Counted from the first letter of the stretch, positions 41,902-52,954 are shown. The stretch is 64,000 nt of DNA from Nitrospira japonica (GCA_020725385.1 DYFC01000054.1:32001-96000); one strand, 5' to 3'. Notes: generated by a model not told the origin, from the sequence alone. Numbers and translations are program-made.

Positions 41902-42894
41902 ATGGGAATTATATTTTCATTCTTCGCAGTTATTGCGCTAATTGTTATTGTGTTTATTGGCGTGCAGGGCGCCAATCTTCATTACCTGTTTGGCGTTGTT
42001 ATTCCCTATGCAGCTTTCTTTATTTTTTTACTCGGTGTTATTTATCGTGTTTTGCAGTGGGGGCGTATCCCTGTTCCATTCAGAATACCTACAACCGCCG
42101 GACAGCAAAAGAGTCATCCATGGATTAAAACCAATCCAATTGACAACCCCTTTACTGCAACAGGTGTTTTTATAAGAATGGCTTTTGAGGTTCTTTTGTT
42201 CCGTTCGCTTTTCCGGAATACTAAAGCAGAACTCAGAGACGGTCCTATTCTTTCATATGGCTCAACAAAATGGTTATGGCTTGGCGGACTTGCATTTCAC
42301 TATACTTTTCTAATTATTCTTACAAGACATCTTAGATTTTTCTTTGAACCGATTCCCGGCGTAATAAAAATAATAGAATCTCTTGATGGTTTCTTCCAGG
42401 TAGGTGCACCTGTACTTTATCTAACCGATTTGATATTTATCGCTGCTGTAACATTTCTCTTTTTAAGAAGAGTGGTAATTCCACAAGTCAGATATATCTC
42501 TCTTGCGCAGGATTATTTCCCGTTATTCCTTATCTTTTCAATAGGTCTTACAGGTGTATTAATGAGATATTTTCTTAAAACAGATGTTGTTGGAATAAAA
42601 GAATTGACAATGGGTCTCGTGACATTCAAACCTGTAGTTCCAAAAGATATTAATATAATTTTTTATATACATCTTTTTCTTGTAAGTACCCTTTTTATAT
42701 ATTTCCCCATGAGTAAATTAATGCACATGGCAGGAGTTTTTCTTAGTCCAACAAGAAATCTTGCAAACAATAACCGGGCAGAAATGCATGTCAATCCATG
42801 GAATTATCCAGTTAAAGTTCACACATATGAAGAATATGAAAATGATTTCAGAGATAAAATGAAAGCAGCTGGATTACCGGTAGAAAAGGAGTAA
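41902..42894 (+). CDS. dsrM: DsrM membrane b-type cytochrome
   Basis: PVPFRIPTT, FRSLFRNT, FHY...RHLR, SKLMH, SPTRN. Confidence 0.96.
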   Translation: MGIIFSFFAVIALIVIVFIGVQGANLHYLFGVVIPYAAFFIFLLGVIYRVLQWGRIPVPFRIPTTAGQQKSHPWIKTNPIDNPFTATGVFIRMAFEVLLFRSLFRNTKAELRDGPILSYGSTKWLWLGGLAFHYTFLIILTRHLRFFFEPIPGVIKIIESLDGFFQVGAPVLYLTDLIFIAAVTFLFLRRVVIPQVRYISLAQDYFPLFLIFSIGLTGVLMRYFLKTDVVGIKELTMGLVTFKPVVPKDINIIFYIHLFLVSTLFIYFPMSKLMHMAGVFLSPTRNLANNNRAEMHVNPWNYPVKVHTYEEYENDFRDKMKAAGLPVEKE

Positions 42895-42896
42895 AT

Positions 42897-44501
42897 ATGG
42901 CAAATCCAAAACCAGAAGAACTTGCAAAGATTGATTACCAGCCTCCAAAAACAGGATGGATGGATACACCGACTGTTTTCAAGCCCGGTATCTTTCCATA
43001 TGCATGCAAACCAAAGTCCCTTGAAACTGTCGGGTTCCCCAATCCCAGGCAATGGTCAGTAAAGGATGAAGACTGGAAGCTTCCTCCAAACTGGCAGGAA
43101 ATATTCATTGAAGGACTTAGAGAAAGGGTAAGCAAATACCGCTCTTTCAGGCTTTTTCTCGATATTTGTGTAAGATGCGGTGCATGCGCAGACAAATGTC
43201 ACTTTTTCATCGGCGGTGGCGACCCCAAAAACATGCCTGTATTAAGGGGTGAACTCTTAAGATCAGTCTATAGAAAATATTGCACCACTACAGGCAGAAT
43301 TATGGGTAAAATAGCCGGTGCAAGAGACCTTACTACAGATGTACTCAAAGAAATATGGTATTACGCATTTCAATGTACCGAATGCAGACGTTGCTCTCTT
43401 TTCTGTCCATATGGTATTGACACTGCTGAAATTACTATACTCGCAAGAGAACTGCTTAATCTCTTAGGTTTAAATATTGAATGGATCGCTGGTCCTGTTG
43501 CAAATTGCTGGCTTACAGGTAATCATTTAGGACTCCAACCTCATACAATTAAAGATGCATTTGATATGTTTTGCGATGATATAGAAACAATAACCGGAAT
43601 TAGGGTAACTCCTACATTTAATCGTAAGGGTGCAGAAATACTTTTTGTAATCCCTTCAGGAAGTATGTTTGCTGACCCAGGGACTTTTACATGTATGGGA
43701 GAATTGTTACTACTGCATGAACTTGGATTAGATTATACATGGAGTACTTTTGCATCAGAAGGCGGAGATTTTGGTTTCTTTACAACAAATGAGATGGCAA
43801 AAAGACTTCATGCAAAGATTTATGAGGAGGCAAAAAGACTAAAAGTTAAGTGGATTATGGGTGGTGAATGTGGCCATATGTGGAGAGTTTGGCACCAATA
43901 TCATAATACATGGTATGGTCCTGTAGATTTTCTCGAGGAGCCGGTCTCTCCGATTACTGGAACTAAATTTGAGAATGCAAAATCAAATAAAACAATACAT
44001 ATATGTGAATTTACTGCAGATTTAATAAAACATGGTAAACTAAATTTTGATAAAAGTAGAAATGACAATTTAATAGTAACATTCCATGATTCATGCAATG
44101 TATCAAGAGGAATGGGAATGTTTGAAGAACCGAGATATATTATTCAAAATGTGTGCAATAATTTCTATGAAATGCCTCCTCAAACAATACGCGAACAAAC
44201 GTTCTGTTGCGGAAGCGGTGCTGGATTAAATGCCTCGGAAAATATGGAGAGCAGATTAAGAGGAGGTTTACCAAGAGCAAATGCTGTTAAATATGTTGCA
44301 AAAAAATACGGGGTAAACATGCTTGCATGCATCTGTGCTATTGACAGAGCTGCACTTCCTCCTCTTATGGATTACTGGGTGCCGGGAGTTCGTGTTACAG
44401 GTGTTCATGAGATGGTTGCAAATGCATTAATTTGTAAAGGAGAGAAGAAGCGAACGACGAATTTACGCGGTGAGCCACTCCCGGGAATGGAGGGTGAATA
44501 A
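42897..44501 (+). CDS. dsrK: DsrK Fe-S protein
   Basis: CVRCGACADKC, CTECRRCSLFCP, GECGH, HDSC, CCG. Confidence 0.96.
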   Translation: MANPKPEELAKIDYQPPKTGWMDTPTVFKPGIFPYACKPKSLETVGFPNPRQWSVKDEDWKLPPNWQEIFIEGLRERVSKYRSFRLFLDICVRCGACADKCHFFIGGGDPKNMPVLRGELLRSVYRKYCTTTGRIMGKIAGARDLTTDVLKEIWYYAFQCTECRRCSLFCPYGIDTAEITILARELLNLLGLNIEWIAGPVANCWLTGNHLGLQPHTIKDAFDMFCDDIETITGIRVTPTFNRKGAEILFVIPSGSMFADPGTFTCMGELLLLHELGLDYTWSTFASEGGDFGFFTTNEMAKRLHAKIYEEAKRLKVKWIMGGECGHMWRVWHQYHNTWYGPVDFLEEPVSPITGTKFENAKSNKTIHICEFTADLIKHGKLNFDKSRNDNLIVTFHDSCNVSRGMGMFEEPRYIIQNVCNNFYEMPPQTIREQTFCCGSGAGLNASENMESRLRGGLPRANAVKYVAKKYGVNMLACICAIDRAALPPLMDYWVPGVRVTGVHEMVANALICKGEKKRTTNLRGEPLPGMEGE

Positions 44502-44502
44502 G

Positions 44503-44907
44503 ATGTATAACGGTGGAAAAATAATCATAGGTCTGATTATTTTTGTCGGGCTAATAGCTTTACCCTTTGTGTTTAGCGGTAAAGGTGCCTCCGCAAAACC
44601 TGAACCAAAGCTTGACACTCCCGAAATACTCAAACTGCCTGAAACAGAAAGAAAGTGTGTTGAATCAAAAGAATATATGAAAAGAGAACATATGAAATTA
44701 CTTAATGAGTGGAGGGACTGGGTGGTTCGTGATGGGCTGACAATATATACATCTTCCAGCGGAAAACAATATACAATGAGCCTTCAGAATACATGTATGA
44801 AATGCCACTCTAATAAAACAAAATTCTGTGATGAATGTCATAATTATACGGCGGTTAAACCATATTGCTGGGATTGCCACATTAAGCCGAAGGAAAAGGA
44901 GTTATAA
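44503..44907 (+). CDS. dsrJ: DsrJ triheme cytochrome c (start revised to MYNGG)
   Basis: CMKCH, CDECH, CWDCH; HMKLLNEWRD. Confidence 0.95.
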   Translation: MYNGGKIIIGLIIFVGLIALPFVFSGKGASAKPEPKLDTPEILKLPETERKCVESKEYMKREHMKLLNEWRDWVVRDGLTIYTSSSGKQYTMSLQNTCMKCHSNKTKFCDECHNYTAVKPYCWDCHIKPKEKEL

Positions 44908-44909
44908 TT

Positions 44910-45698
44910 ATGGACAGAAGAGAATTTATAAAAATAGCCGGAATTTCATCCATCTTCGGATTGGGAGGCTTAACCGCTTTCGGAACATTGAAGGGAAAAT
45001 TAGAAGCCTCGCAAACAGGTCCATCTCAGAACCCTCAAGCACTTAAAGCTAAAAGATGGGCACTTGTAATTGATACAACAAAATTCAAGACAGAAGAAGA
45101 TTTTAAAAGATGTATTGATGCTTGCCACAAAGCTCATAACGTCCCACACATTACGGATAATATAAAACATGAAATCAAATGGATGTGGACCGATACATAT
45201 GAGCATGTATTTCCGGGCGTAGAGGATGAATATCTTGCAGAAAAAGTTAAAGAAATGCCGATGCTCGTTTTATGCAATCATTGCGATAACCCTGCATGCG
45301 TTAGGGTTTGTCCTACAAAAGCAACTTTTAAAAGAAAAAGCGATGGAATTGTTATGATGGATATGCATCGTTGTATCGGTTGTAGGTTCTGCATGGCAGC
45401 ATGTCCTTATGGTGCAAGGAGCTTTAATTATAAAGACCCGAGACCATATATGAAAGAAGAAGACATGAATCCTGAATTTCCTACAAGAATGAAAGGTGTT
45501 GTGGAAAAATGCACATTCTGTTACGAGAGACTTGCTAAAGGGCTTATGCCTGCATGTGTCGAGGCATCCAATGGTGCATTAATATTTGGTGATTTGGAAG
45601 ACCCGAATTCCGAAGTCAGGAAGATCCTGAGCGAAAGACATAGTTATAGACGCAGACCTGAACTTGGAACACGGCCCAGTGTTTATTATTTATTTTAG
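44910..45698 (+). CDS. dsrO: DsrO periplasmic Fe-S protein
   Basis: Tat signal DRREFIK; CNHCDNPAC, CIGCRFCMAACP, KCTFC. Confidence 0.95.
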   Translation: MDRREFIKIAGISSIFGLGGLTAFGTLKGKLEASQTGPSQNPQALKAKRWALVIDTTKFKTEEDFKRCIDACHKAHNVPHITDNIKHEIKWMWTDTYEHVFPGVEDEYLAEKVKEMPMLVLCNHCDNPACVRVCPTKATFKRKSDGIVMMDMHRCIGCRFCMAACPYGARSFNYKDPRPYMKEEDMNPEFPTRMKGVVEKCTFCYERLAKGLMPACVEASNGALIFGDLEDPNSEVRKILSERHSYRRRPELGTRPSVYYLF

Positions 45699-45707
45699 GA
45701 GGTTATA

Positions 45708-46895
45708 ATGCTCGAGAAAGCTATACAGGGAAGTTCAAGATACTGGGTATGGATATTATTTCTTTTATCCTTAATTGGTGCCGGAGTTATAGCCTATATT
45801 TACCAGTTCCAGAATGGATTAGGTGTAACAGGAATGAGCAGGGATGTATCGTGGGGACTTTACATCGGTCAGTTTACATTCCTTGTTGGTGTCGCAGCTT
45901 CCGGTGTTATGGTAGTGCTCCCTTATTATCTCCATCACTATAAGAAATTTGCCAGATTGACAATTTTGGGCGAATTTCTTGCAATTGCTGCTGTTATTAT
46001 GTGTATGTTATTTATATTCGTTGATATGGGGCAACCATTACGTGTTCTGAATGTTCTCCTACATCCAACCCCGAATTCTGTCATGTTTTACGATATGTGT
46101 GTTCTTGCCGGTTACTTGATACTTAATCTTATCGTTGGTTGGACGGTTCTTGGCGCTGAAAGAAAAGATGTTCCTCCTCCAAAGTGGGTAAAACCAGTTA
46201 TATACCTATCAATTGCATGGGCTCCTTCTATTCACACAGTTACAGCGTTCTTATACGCAGGTCTTCCGGGAAGACATTTCTGGCTTTCTGCAATTATGGC
46301 TGCGAGATTTCTTGCCTCGGCATTTGCTGGTGGCCCCGCGCTTTTAATTCTTCTTTGCCTAATTGTAAGAAAATATACAAAATTTGACCCTGGTAAGGAA
46401 GCGATTCAAGCTATCGGGAAAATTGTTACATATTGTATGTTGATCAATGTTTTCTTCCTCGGATTAGAATTCTTCACAGCTTTCTATAGTGGGATACCCG
46501 GACATATGCATTCCTTTATTTATCTTTATGCTGGGTTACACGGACATAGCCAGCTTGTTCCTGTTATGTGGATTTCATCAATACTTGCAGTAATAGCAAT
46601 ATTTCTTCTCATATTCCCGCAATTCAGGAAAAATGAAGGGCTTTTAGCTGTTGCCTGCGCAAGCACTTTTCTTTCATTATGGATTGACAAAGGCTTTGGG
46701 CTTGTTATCGGTGGATTTGTACCTAACCCAATGGAAAGAATTACCGAGTATTGGCCAACATTCCCTGAAACAGTTATCAGCATAGCTGTCTGGGCAGTTG
46801 GATTCCTTGTATTGACAATCCTATATAAAATTGCTGTATCTGTTAAAGAAGAAGTTGTTTTTGATAAATACGGTGAAAAACAGATTCAAGGTTAA
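45708..46895 (+). CDS. dsrP: DsrP (NrfD-family) membrane protein
   Basis: GMSRDVSWGLYI, SIHTVTAFL, ARFLASAF. Confidence 0.95.
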   Translation: MLEKAIQGSSRYWVWILFLLSLIGAGVIAYIYQFQNGLGVTGMSRDVSWGLYIGQFTFLVGVAASGVMVVLPYYLHHYKKFARLTILGEFLAIAAVIMCMLFIFVDMGQPLRVLNVLLHPTPNSVMFYDMCVLAGYLILNLIVGWTVLGAERKDVPPPKWVKPVIYLSIAWAPSIHTVTAFLYAGLPGRHFWLSAIMAARFLASAFAGGPALLILLCLIVRKYTKFDPGKEAIQAIGKIVTYCMLINVFFLGLEFFTAFYSGIPGHMHSFIYLYAGLHGHSQLVPVMWISSILAVIAIFLLIFPQFRKNEGLLAVACASTFLSLWIDKGFGLVIGGFVPNPMERITEYWPTFPETVISIAVWAVGFLVLTILYKIAVSVKEEVVFDKYGEKQIQG

Positions 46896-46971
46896 AATAT
46901 ATTGGATTTATTGATTTGCAATAGTAAATAATAAATTATCAGGCTAATAAAACCAAGGAGGTGAAAAAGAA

Positions 46972-47160
46972 GTGGGTGTTATTCCAATAGTAGATGTAAG
47001 CAAATGTGATGGTTGTGAAGAATGTGTAAACAATTGCCCAGTAGGTGTTTTCCAGATTACAAATGGAAAATCAGACCCTTATCAGGCAGATGCATGTGAA
47101 GGTTGTGAAACATGTGTTAGTGTTTGCCCGAATGGAGCTATTACACTAAAAGAGCAGTAA
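46972..47160 (+). CDS. 2x[4Fe-4S] ferredoxin
   Basis: CDGCEECVNNCP and CEGCETCVSVCP; strong RBS. Confidence 0.93.
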   Translation: MGVIPIVDVSKCDGCEECVNNCPVGVFQITNGKSDPYQADACEGCETCVSVCPNGAITLKEQ

Positions 47161-47190
47161 TTGTTATTAAACATGTTTCAATAAAAAGCA

Positions 47191-47225
47191 AAAAGGGGAT
47201 GCCCGGCAAACGGCATCCCCTTTTT
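47191..47225 (+). terminator. Rho-independent terminator ending the dsr operon
   Basis: aaaaggggatgcc-cggcaaac-ggcatcccctttt. Confidence 0.85.
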
Positions 47226-47814
47226 GTTAATATTATTTATTACCCGGCCGGGGGATTTTCTGGAAGAACTTATTCCAAAATATGGATATATAGCAATTTT
47301 TATCCTCACTTTTTTTGAAGGAGAAAGTGTATTAATTGCAGCAGGTTTTCTTGCATTTAGCGGATATCTGAATGCAATTGGAGTAATAGCAGTGTCAACA
47401 GCAGCATCTTATGTTGGCCACGGGACATTTTTTCTGATCGCATTATATAAACGTGATACCTTTATAAAATTTATACGTAAATTTATAAAGGTTGACATTA
47501 CAAAACTTGAAAACCTGATGGTTAAATATGGAATCGCAGCTTTATTTATAAGTCAATGGCTATATGGCTTCAGACTACTTAGTGCTGCTGTTCTCGGGCT
47601 TTCACGCATGGGCACTTCTAAATATTTCTCATATCAATTTATAAGTTGTCTGCTCTGGGCTGTTATATGTACATCAGCAGGATATTTTTTCGGCGCAACA
47701 ATAAAAAAATTTGTTGGTGATATAAAAAAATATGAACCATTAATCGCAATAGGAGTACTTATTGCAGGTTTCTTAATCTGGTTTGTTAAGAGATGGTTAC
47801 AAAAGAAAAAATAA
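47224..47814 (+). CDS. DedA-family membrane protein (start uncertain)
   Basis: KYGYIAIF...FEGE..LIAAGFLA, GFR, GYFFG. Confidence 0.85.
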   Translation: MLILFITRPGDFLEELIPKYGYIAIFILTFFEGESVLIAAGFLAFSGYLNAIGVIAVSTAASYVGHGTFFLIALYKRDTFIKFIRKFIKVDITKLENLMVKYGIAALFISQWLYGFRLLSAAVLGLSRMGTSKYFSYQFISCLLWAVICTSAGYFFGATIKKFVGDIKKYEPLIAIGVLIAGFLIWFVKRWLQKKK

Positions 47815-47817
47815 AAA

Positions 47818-48069
47818 TTATCTCTTAAGAATATAAATTTCCCAGAATCCATTATCCTCGGTTTTATTTATTTCAAAGACGAAATTCTTTTTTTCACAAT
47901 ATCTCGGAATAGCGTCCTCAGCGGTTTCAGCAGAATCACACAGAACTTTTAATAAAGAGCCCGCAGGTAATTTTTCCATTTCCTTTTTTACAAGCATAAT
48001 AGGATGTGGACAGGCAAGTCCCTGCACATCAAGAACTATAGCAGGAGTAATTGATTTCAGTGTTCCCAT
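47818..48069 (-). CDS. TusA/SirA-family sulfurtransferase
   Basis: LDVQGLACPHP. Confidence 0.9.
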   Translation of the reverse strand: MGTLKSITPAIVLDVQGLACPHPIMLVKKEMEKLPAGSLLKVLCDSAETAEDAIPRYCEKKNFVFEINKTEDNGFWEIYILKR

Positions 48070-48156
48070 AACTACCCTCTTTTTTGGAATTATTTAACTT
48101 ATGCTTAATGTAGTTAATTTTATAACTTTTTGGATTGAATTTCGTCAATAGAAAAA

Positions 48157-49242
48157 TTATTCCACATTATTGAGCCTTAGTACTTTTTCAGTATTTTCAA
48201 GAATTGAGTCAGAGAATCCATGGCAATGTTTTATCTTAATATCTCTATCAAAAGGGTTTTTTGTTCTTACTATATCAATATATTCTGAAGGTGTAATATT
48301 ATCGGTAATAAAAGGCAAATGTGTCCAGCCATCAATTGGTATAGGGAAATCCGTGCCATGAACAAGCCATTTTGCCGGGAAAGTTTTTCTTATTTCTTTT
48401 ATATACGGAATCCTTGATGATAAAGAAAGAGCTGATGTATCAGCCCACAATTTTATTTTTCCACCTTTATTATATTCCTTCATCATCTGGAAAAAATCCT
48501 GCATAAAGTTTTTGTCTATAACAGGGAAAACAGGTGAAGCACAATGCGCAGCTATAACAGTGACTCCGCAATCCAAAGGCTTTCTGAGATTTTTATAATG
48601 GTCAAGTTGCATATTTCGTATGCCTTCAGGAAATGAATATTCAGGACCTACATGACAGAGTAGAGGCATACTATTTGAAGCGAGGGTTTTATAAAATTCT
48701 TCATGTCTTCTGTCCATTAACTCAATGTGTTGTGCAGATGGTATAAGTTTTATTAAAACAGCATCTGTTTCGTTTATTACAAAAGATAATTCATCTTTCC
48801 AGTCTTTGCGATTTGGGCTGACTGATGCACCGAAAAAGAAGCGTTTTTCCCTTAATTCAAGATTTTCTTCAGATTGTAGTCTCTGATTCAGTTCCTTTAC
48901 TTTCTTAAAAAGAAATTTGTTTGAAATCCATAAATCTGTTTCTTTCTTGTTTAGTTTTCCTGTTTTCTGAGAGAAGACAGCATCAAGCGCAAGCAGTACA
49001 ACTCCATCAGTTTCTTTTGATTCACAGAGAAGATTATAAATCAAATTAAAATATTCATCAGTGGAAATCATACCATCTTTGTTTAAATCTGCCTCAAATT
49101 TCTCCATTTCTTTTTCAAAAAGATTGTAAAGTATCCTTGTAAACCAGTGCTGGTTGTCTTCTGCAAGAAAATAGACATTATTTTCAATATTACTAATATC
49201 CTTTCCGTTACCTGCAACATGACAATGTATATCAATTCTCAT
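48157..49242 (-). CDS. Amidohydrolase-2 family metallohydrolase (start revised to MRIDIHCH)
   Basis: DIHCH, LLCHVG, IAAHCA, DTSA, HGTDFP; GGAGG RBS. Confidence 0.85.
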   Translation of the reverse strand: MRIDIHCHVAGNGKDISNIENNVYFLAEDNQHWFTRILYNLFEKEMEKFEADLNKDGMISTDEYFNLIYNLLCESKETDGVVLLALDAVFSQKTGKLNKKETDLWISNKFLFKKVKELNQRLQSEENLELREKRFFFGASVSPNRKDWKDELSFVINETDAVLIKLIPSAQHIELMDRRHEEFYKTLASNSMPLLCHVGPEYSFPEGIRNMQLDHYKNLRKPLDCGVTVIAAHCASPVFPVIDKNFMQDFFQMMKEYNKGGKIKLWADTSALSLSSRIPYIKEIRKTFPAKWLVHGTDFPIPIDGWTHLPFITDNITPSEYIDIVRTKNPFDRDIKIKHCHGFSDSILENTEKVLRLNNVE

Positions 49243-49433
49243 AACACCTCCGATTAACCCAAATAATGCAGACATTGCTCAAAAATTTATTTAACTCGAT
49301 AATTTTTATATCAAAAGATATTTATTGGCAATGAATAAAAAAGTTCATGGTAAATCATCTTTAAGCGTACACTAAGGTATCGAAAAATAAATTTTCTCGC
49401 AACACCTGCATTATTTCAAATGCATTTTTTAGG

Positions 49434-51152
49434 TTAAATAAGTAATTTATAAATTCCAATTTCGTGTTGTGTAAGATTAAGTCTTACTGCATTTCTTGCC
49501 CCGGTTTTAATTATTTCAATAGCTTCTTCTGGATTAAGTAGATTCACCATTTTTTTGCCTTGCGGAGACAAATAAGAATCAACGGTTACATAGTCTATTC
49601 TTGGTTCAGAATCTAAATTTAAAGCTATTAAAATTTCTGTATCATCAAGTATTCTTGAGTATGCAAGAGTGCATTTACCATCAATAGGGAATCCAAAATC
49701 TATGCCATTACCTGAAATTTCCCTGAAATATTGTCTTCCATAACGAAGAGCCGGCTCTTTTTTTCTTATCCCTGCAATTTGTCTTATATTTTTATATAAA
49801 GGATGTTCTGCGTTAAAAAAATGATAGCCAGTTGTATTGAATGCTCCCCATTTGCCACCGAACATGCATTCTCTTAAATATTTATCATTATCACCACCTC
49901 CATTAAAACCCTGCTCAGTTCCATAATATATACACGGTATTCCTATGCTTGTAAGAAGATAGCCAATTGCAAGTTTTGCCTGATTCTGAAAAGGATTATT
50001 ATAAAGAAATCTTCCTTTTGGATTTCTTCCTATTTGGTCATGGTTATCAACAAATGTAACAAAATACTGAGAAGCCTGACCATGATCACTATATAATTCT
50101 TTAAATCTTTCATATCTTGCTCTAAGTTCATAAGGATTTGAAAGACCTTTTATTACCCATTCAAGAACTCCCCATAAAGGAAAATCAAGTGCAGCATCAA
50201 GGGATGGGAAACGTTCATTTGAATCAGGTAGTCTTGCATTTCTTCCAATATATTGATCAATTAATTTATCATCTCCTATAATTTCACCAAATAAGAAAAA
50301 ATTTTTCTTCCCTATCTTTTCAGCATATTCACGAATTGCTGAACAAAATATTGATGTACTTGAATCCTCAATATGCTTTATTGCATCAAGTCTGTAACCA
50401 TCAATATCTGTCATAGCTATCCAGAATTTGTAAATATCTATTAATGATTTGAGTACCATTTTATTTGAAGTATCAAGCTCTTTTAATGAGCAGAAATCAC
50501 CCTCCCGAGCCTCTGGAAATTCATCCCAATGGACAATCTCTCCTTTTCTTCTGTAAAATTCAGGATTTTGAAATTCAACTGGCCAGACAGCATCATTAGG
50601 CCATTGAATACCTTTTTCTTGCTCAATTGTTCTCCATGAACCAAAAGGAAATTTTTCACCGTTTGAATAGTAATATGTATAACCTCCGGGATACATCCAA
50701 TTGTCACCTGTATGATTGACAACAATGTCAAGAATTACATACATGTCTTTTTTATGTGCTGTCTGAACAAGTTTTTGTAAATCTTTAATTGTTCCAAAAC
50801 GAGGGTCAATATCAAGAAAATTCTGAATTGCATAGCCATGATATGTATTCATTTCTTTCCTGTTTTTAAAAACAGGGCTCAGCCAGATTGCAGTGCATCC
50901 AAGATTTTTTATATAGTCAAGCTTATCAATAATACCTTTTAAAGTTCCTCTCTGCCATTTCTCACCTTCTGAATCATCCCTATTATGAATAGCAGTAGTG
51001 GGATTATATGCAGGAATTTTTTTGTCACCATTATTAAAACGATCTACAAGTAGGAAATAGATAAAATGATCTCTCCAATCTATAGGTGAGGGGAAGGCTT
51101 TGTTTTTAAATTTGAAATCTATTTCAGAAAGGCTTTTAAATATATCAGACAT
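49434..51152 (-). CDS. GH13 alpha-amylase family protein
   Basis: IYFLLVDRFNNG, YHGY, DIVVNH, DGYRLDAIKH, GEI, FVDNHD, GIPCIYYGTEQ. Confidence 0.92.
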   Translation of the reverse strand: MSDIFKSLSEIDFKFKNKAFPSPIDWRDHFIYFLLVDRFNNGDKKIPAYNPTTAIHNRDDSEGEKWQRGTLKGIIDKLDYIKNLGCTAIWLSPVFKNRKEMNTYHGYAIQNFLDIDPRFGTIKDLQKLVQTAHKKDMYVILDIVVNHTGDNWMYPGGYTYYYSNGEKFPFGSWRTIEQEKGIQWPNDAVWPVEFQNPEFYRRKGEIVHWDEFPEAREGDFCSLKELDTSNKMVLKSLIDIYKFWIAMTDIDGYRLDAIKHIEDSSTSIFCSAIREYAEKIGKKNFFLFGEIIGDDKLIDQYIGRNARLPDSNERFPSLDAALDFPLWGVLEWVIKGLSNPYELRARYERFKELYSDHGQASQYFVTFVDNHDQIGRNPKGRFLYNNPFQNQAKLAIGYLLTSIGIPCIYYGTEQGFNGGGDNDKYLRECMFGGKWGAFNTTGYHFFNAEHPLYKNIRQIAGIRKKEPALRYGRQYFREISGNGIDFGFPIDGKCTLAYSRILDDTEILIALNLDSEPRIDYVTVDSYLSPQGKKMVNLLNPEEAIEIIKTGARNAVRLNLTQHEIGIYKLLI

Positions 51153-51174
51153 TTTAACCCCCTTTTTTTATTCA

Positions 51175-51738
51175 TTATGCGATAGACACTCCTTCGCCAA
51201 GATTAATTGAGCCGGGTAATGAAATTGATTCGCTCTCTTTTTCCATAATTACGAAATCTTCTAATTTCAAAATACCTTTACCTTTACAAGAACCTGTTTT
51301 TATCTCTTTAATCTTCCCATCCTGAATCTTCAAAATTATTCCTTTAAGGGTAAGAGAAATATTAATATTGAAATTAATTTTACCAATAGATTTATCATTT
51401 ATTAGAATTTCAAGATAAGGTTTATGTTCAGATTTTATTTTATGTTCAACAAGAGGAACAAGTACACTTACATCTGGAGGATATTTTTCTTTATCAGTAT
51501 ATTTCAGGAGTTCCCCGTATTTGTTCCATGCTTTTACCATTATATCTACGACATTGATATTTAATAAATCCTTTACTTTTTCTGTAATCTCATTTAAAGC
51601 TATAGTCCAATTTATTTCGGTGCTTTCCTTTTGTATCTTTTCTTTTAGAGATGTAATACCTTTACTTGAGTCAATTGTTGAAAATACATCTTCTTTCAGA
51701 GGGAAAAATTGATTTAATGTAATGTCCAAACTATCCAT
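51175..51738 (-). CDS. Hypothetical protein
   Basis: 187-aa ORF overlapping the stop of the upstream gene; family not recognised. Confidence 0.7.
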   Translation of the reverse strand: MDSLDITLNQFFPLKEDVFSTIDSSKGITSLKEKIQKESTEINWTIALNEITEKVKDLLNINVVDIMVKAWNKYGELLKYTDKEKYPPDVSVLVPLVEHKIKSEHKPYLEILINDKSIGKINFNINISLTLKGIILKIQDGKIKEIKTGSCKGKGILKLEDFVIMEKESESISLPGSINLGEGVSIA

Positions 51739-52954
51739 GTTCCCTTCTTTCTTCTAATAATAAAGAACCGTTAATTTCTATATCTTGTTTGCCTTTATCT
51801 AAAACAGGTTTTAAATATATTTCGAAACCTGTTAACAAAGGATATTTTGATTCAATTTGCTGAGTTCCAATATCTTTCATTGGTTCAATGTTAATAGATG
51901 TCTCCATATGTTTCTCTTTTTTTTGCTTATCAACCTTTTTTGAAAGATAATATCCAGCACAAAATACTAAGATTAATCCCAAAATTATACCGAAAGATTT
52001 TAACCATAAAGGAATTTCTTGATTTCTATCAATAGGTACAATTGGCTCTCTTTTTGTTCTATCTTCAGGCGGTAATTGAATACGATATATTTCAATATCT
52101 ATTGGCTTACTTTCTGCGATTATCTCCCTTTCTTTTCTAACTATAACAAATGGATGATATATTCCAGTTGAAGAATAAAAGTGTTGTATTTCAGGCTCAA
52201 ATCTCCAATCACTCCATTGGTCACCAAAATTGAATCTATATTGAACATCTTGAATTGGAGGATGAAGGATTGCCTTGAACTTTAAATTTCCACCTTCTTC
52301 TATTCTTGTATTGTCTGCTTCTAAGATAACGTTGTATTTAACAACATGTATAATATTAAACCTAAAATCGTCAACATTAATATGTCCCCATCCTTGCGAT
52401 GATTCATCAACTATACGAATTTTTCCTGTTTTACCTGCATAAGGCATAAGATTCCATTCAATCCTATGCATGGTTTCTGTATTTTGACCTGATGCATATA
52501 AAACTCTTATGTATCCTTCGATAGGGTCTTGCACAAGGAGTTCAACCCTTGTTTCAAAACTGCTTCCACCGCCTATTAAAAAACTTAGTGTGCCTTGTGG
52601 AATTGTGAAGGAGGCTGAAGTTAATGTGCCTATTGGTCTGTCTCCTTGAATATCACCAGGTTCTTGTCTATATCTCCCCTGATATTTCTCATATGTACCA
52701 ATCCAGTATTTTCCTTGATAGTTTGAAGGTTGACCTCTATGTCTTGCAGTTGGATTATCATCAAATGTTGGTTGATAATCAAAGGCTGTTCCTGTCCTTT
52801 CCCAGCCTCGTAAATTCCCTTCTTCAAAATCGAGAGTAAAATTTATGGGCTGCGCATTAACACATACTATATGGGAAAATATTATGCAAAACACTATTAT
52901 TGTTTGTGCTGCTAATATTTTTAACATCTTAAGTTTTAGGTTTAAAAGCTCCAT
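51731..52954 (-). CDS. Membrane-anchored protein with GH32-associated beta-sandwich and PKD domain
   Basis: Signal peptide; DFE.G...GTLTS..FTI...SFLIGGG...RIVD....GWGHINVDDF; YRFNFGD...HFYSSTGIY (PKD); TM helix. Confidence 0.7.
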   Translation of the reverse strand: MELLNLKLKMLKILAAQTIIVFCIIFSHIVCVNAQPINFTLDFEEGNLRGWERTGTAFDYQPTFDDNPTARHRGQPSNYQGKYWIGTYEKYQGRYRQEPGDIQGDRPIGTLTSASFTIPQGTLSFLIGGGSSFETRVELLVQDPIEGYIRVLYASGQNTETMHRIEWNLMPYAGKTGKIRIVDESSQGWGHINVDDFRFNIIHVVKYNVILEADNTRIEEGGNLKFKAILHPPIQDVQYRFNFGDQWSDWRFEPEIQHFYSSTGIYHPFVIVRKEREIIAESKPIDIEIYRIQLPPEDRTKREPIVPIDRNQEIPLWLKSFGIILGLILVFCAGYYLSKKVDKQKKEKHMETSINIEPMKDIGTQQIESKYPLLTGFEIYLKPVLDKGKQDIEINGSLLLEERREHG

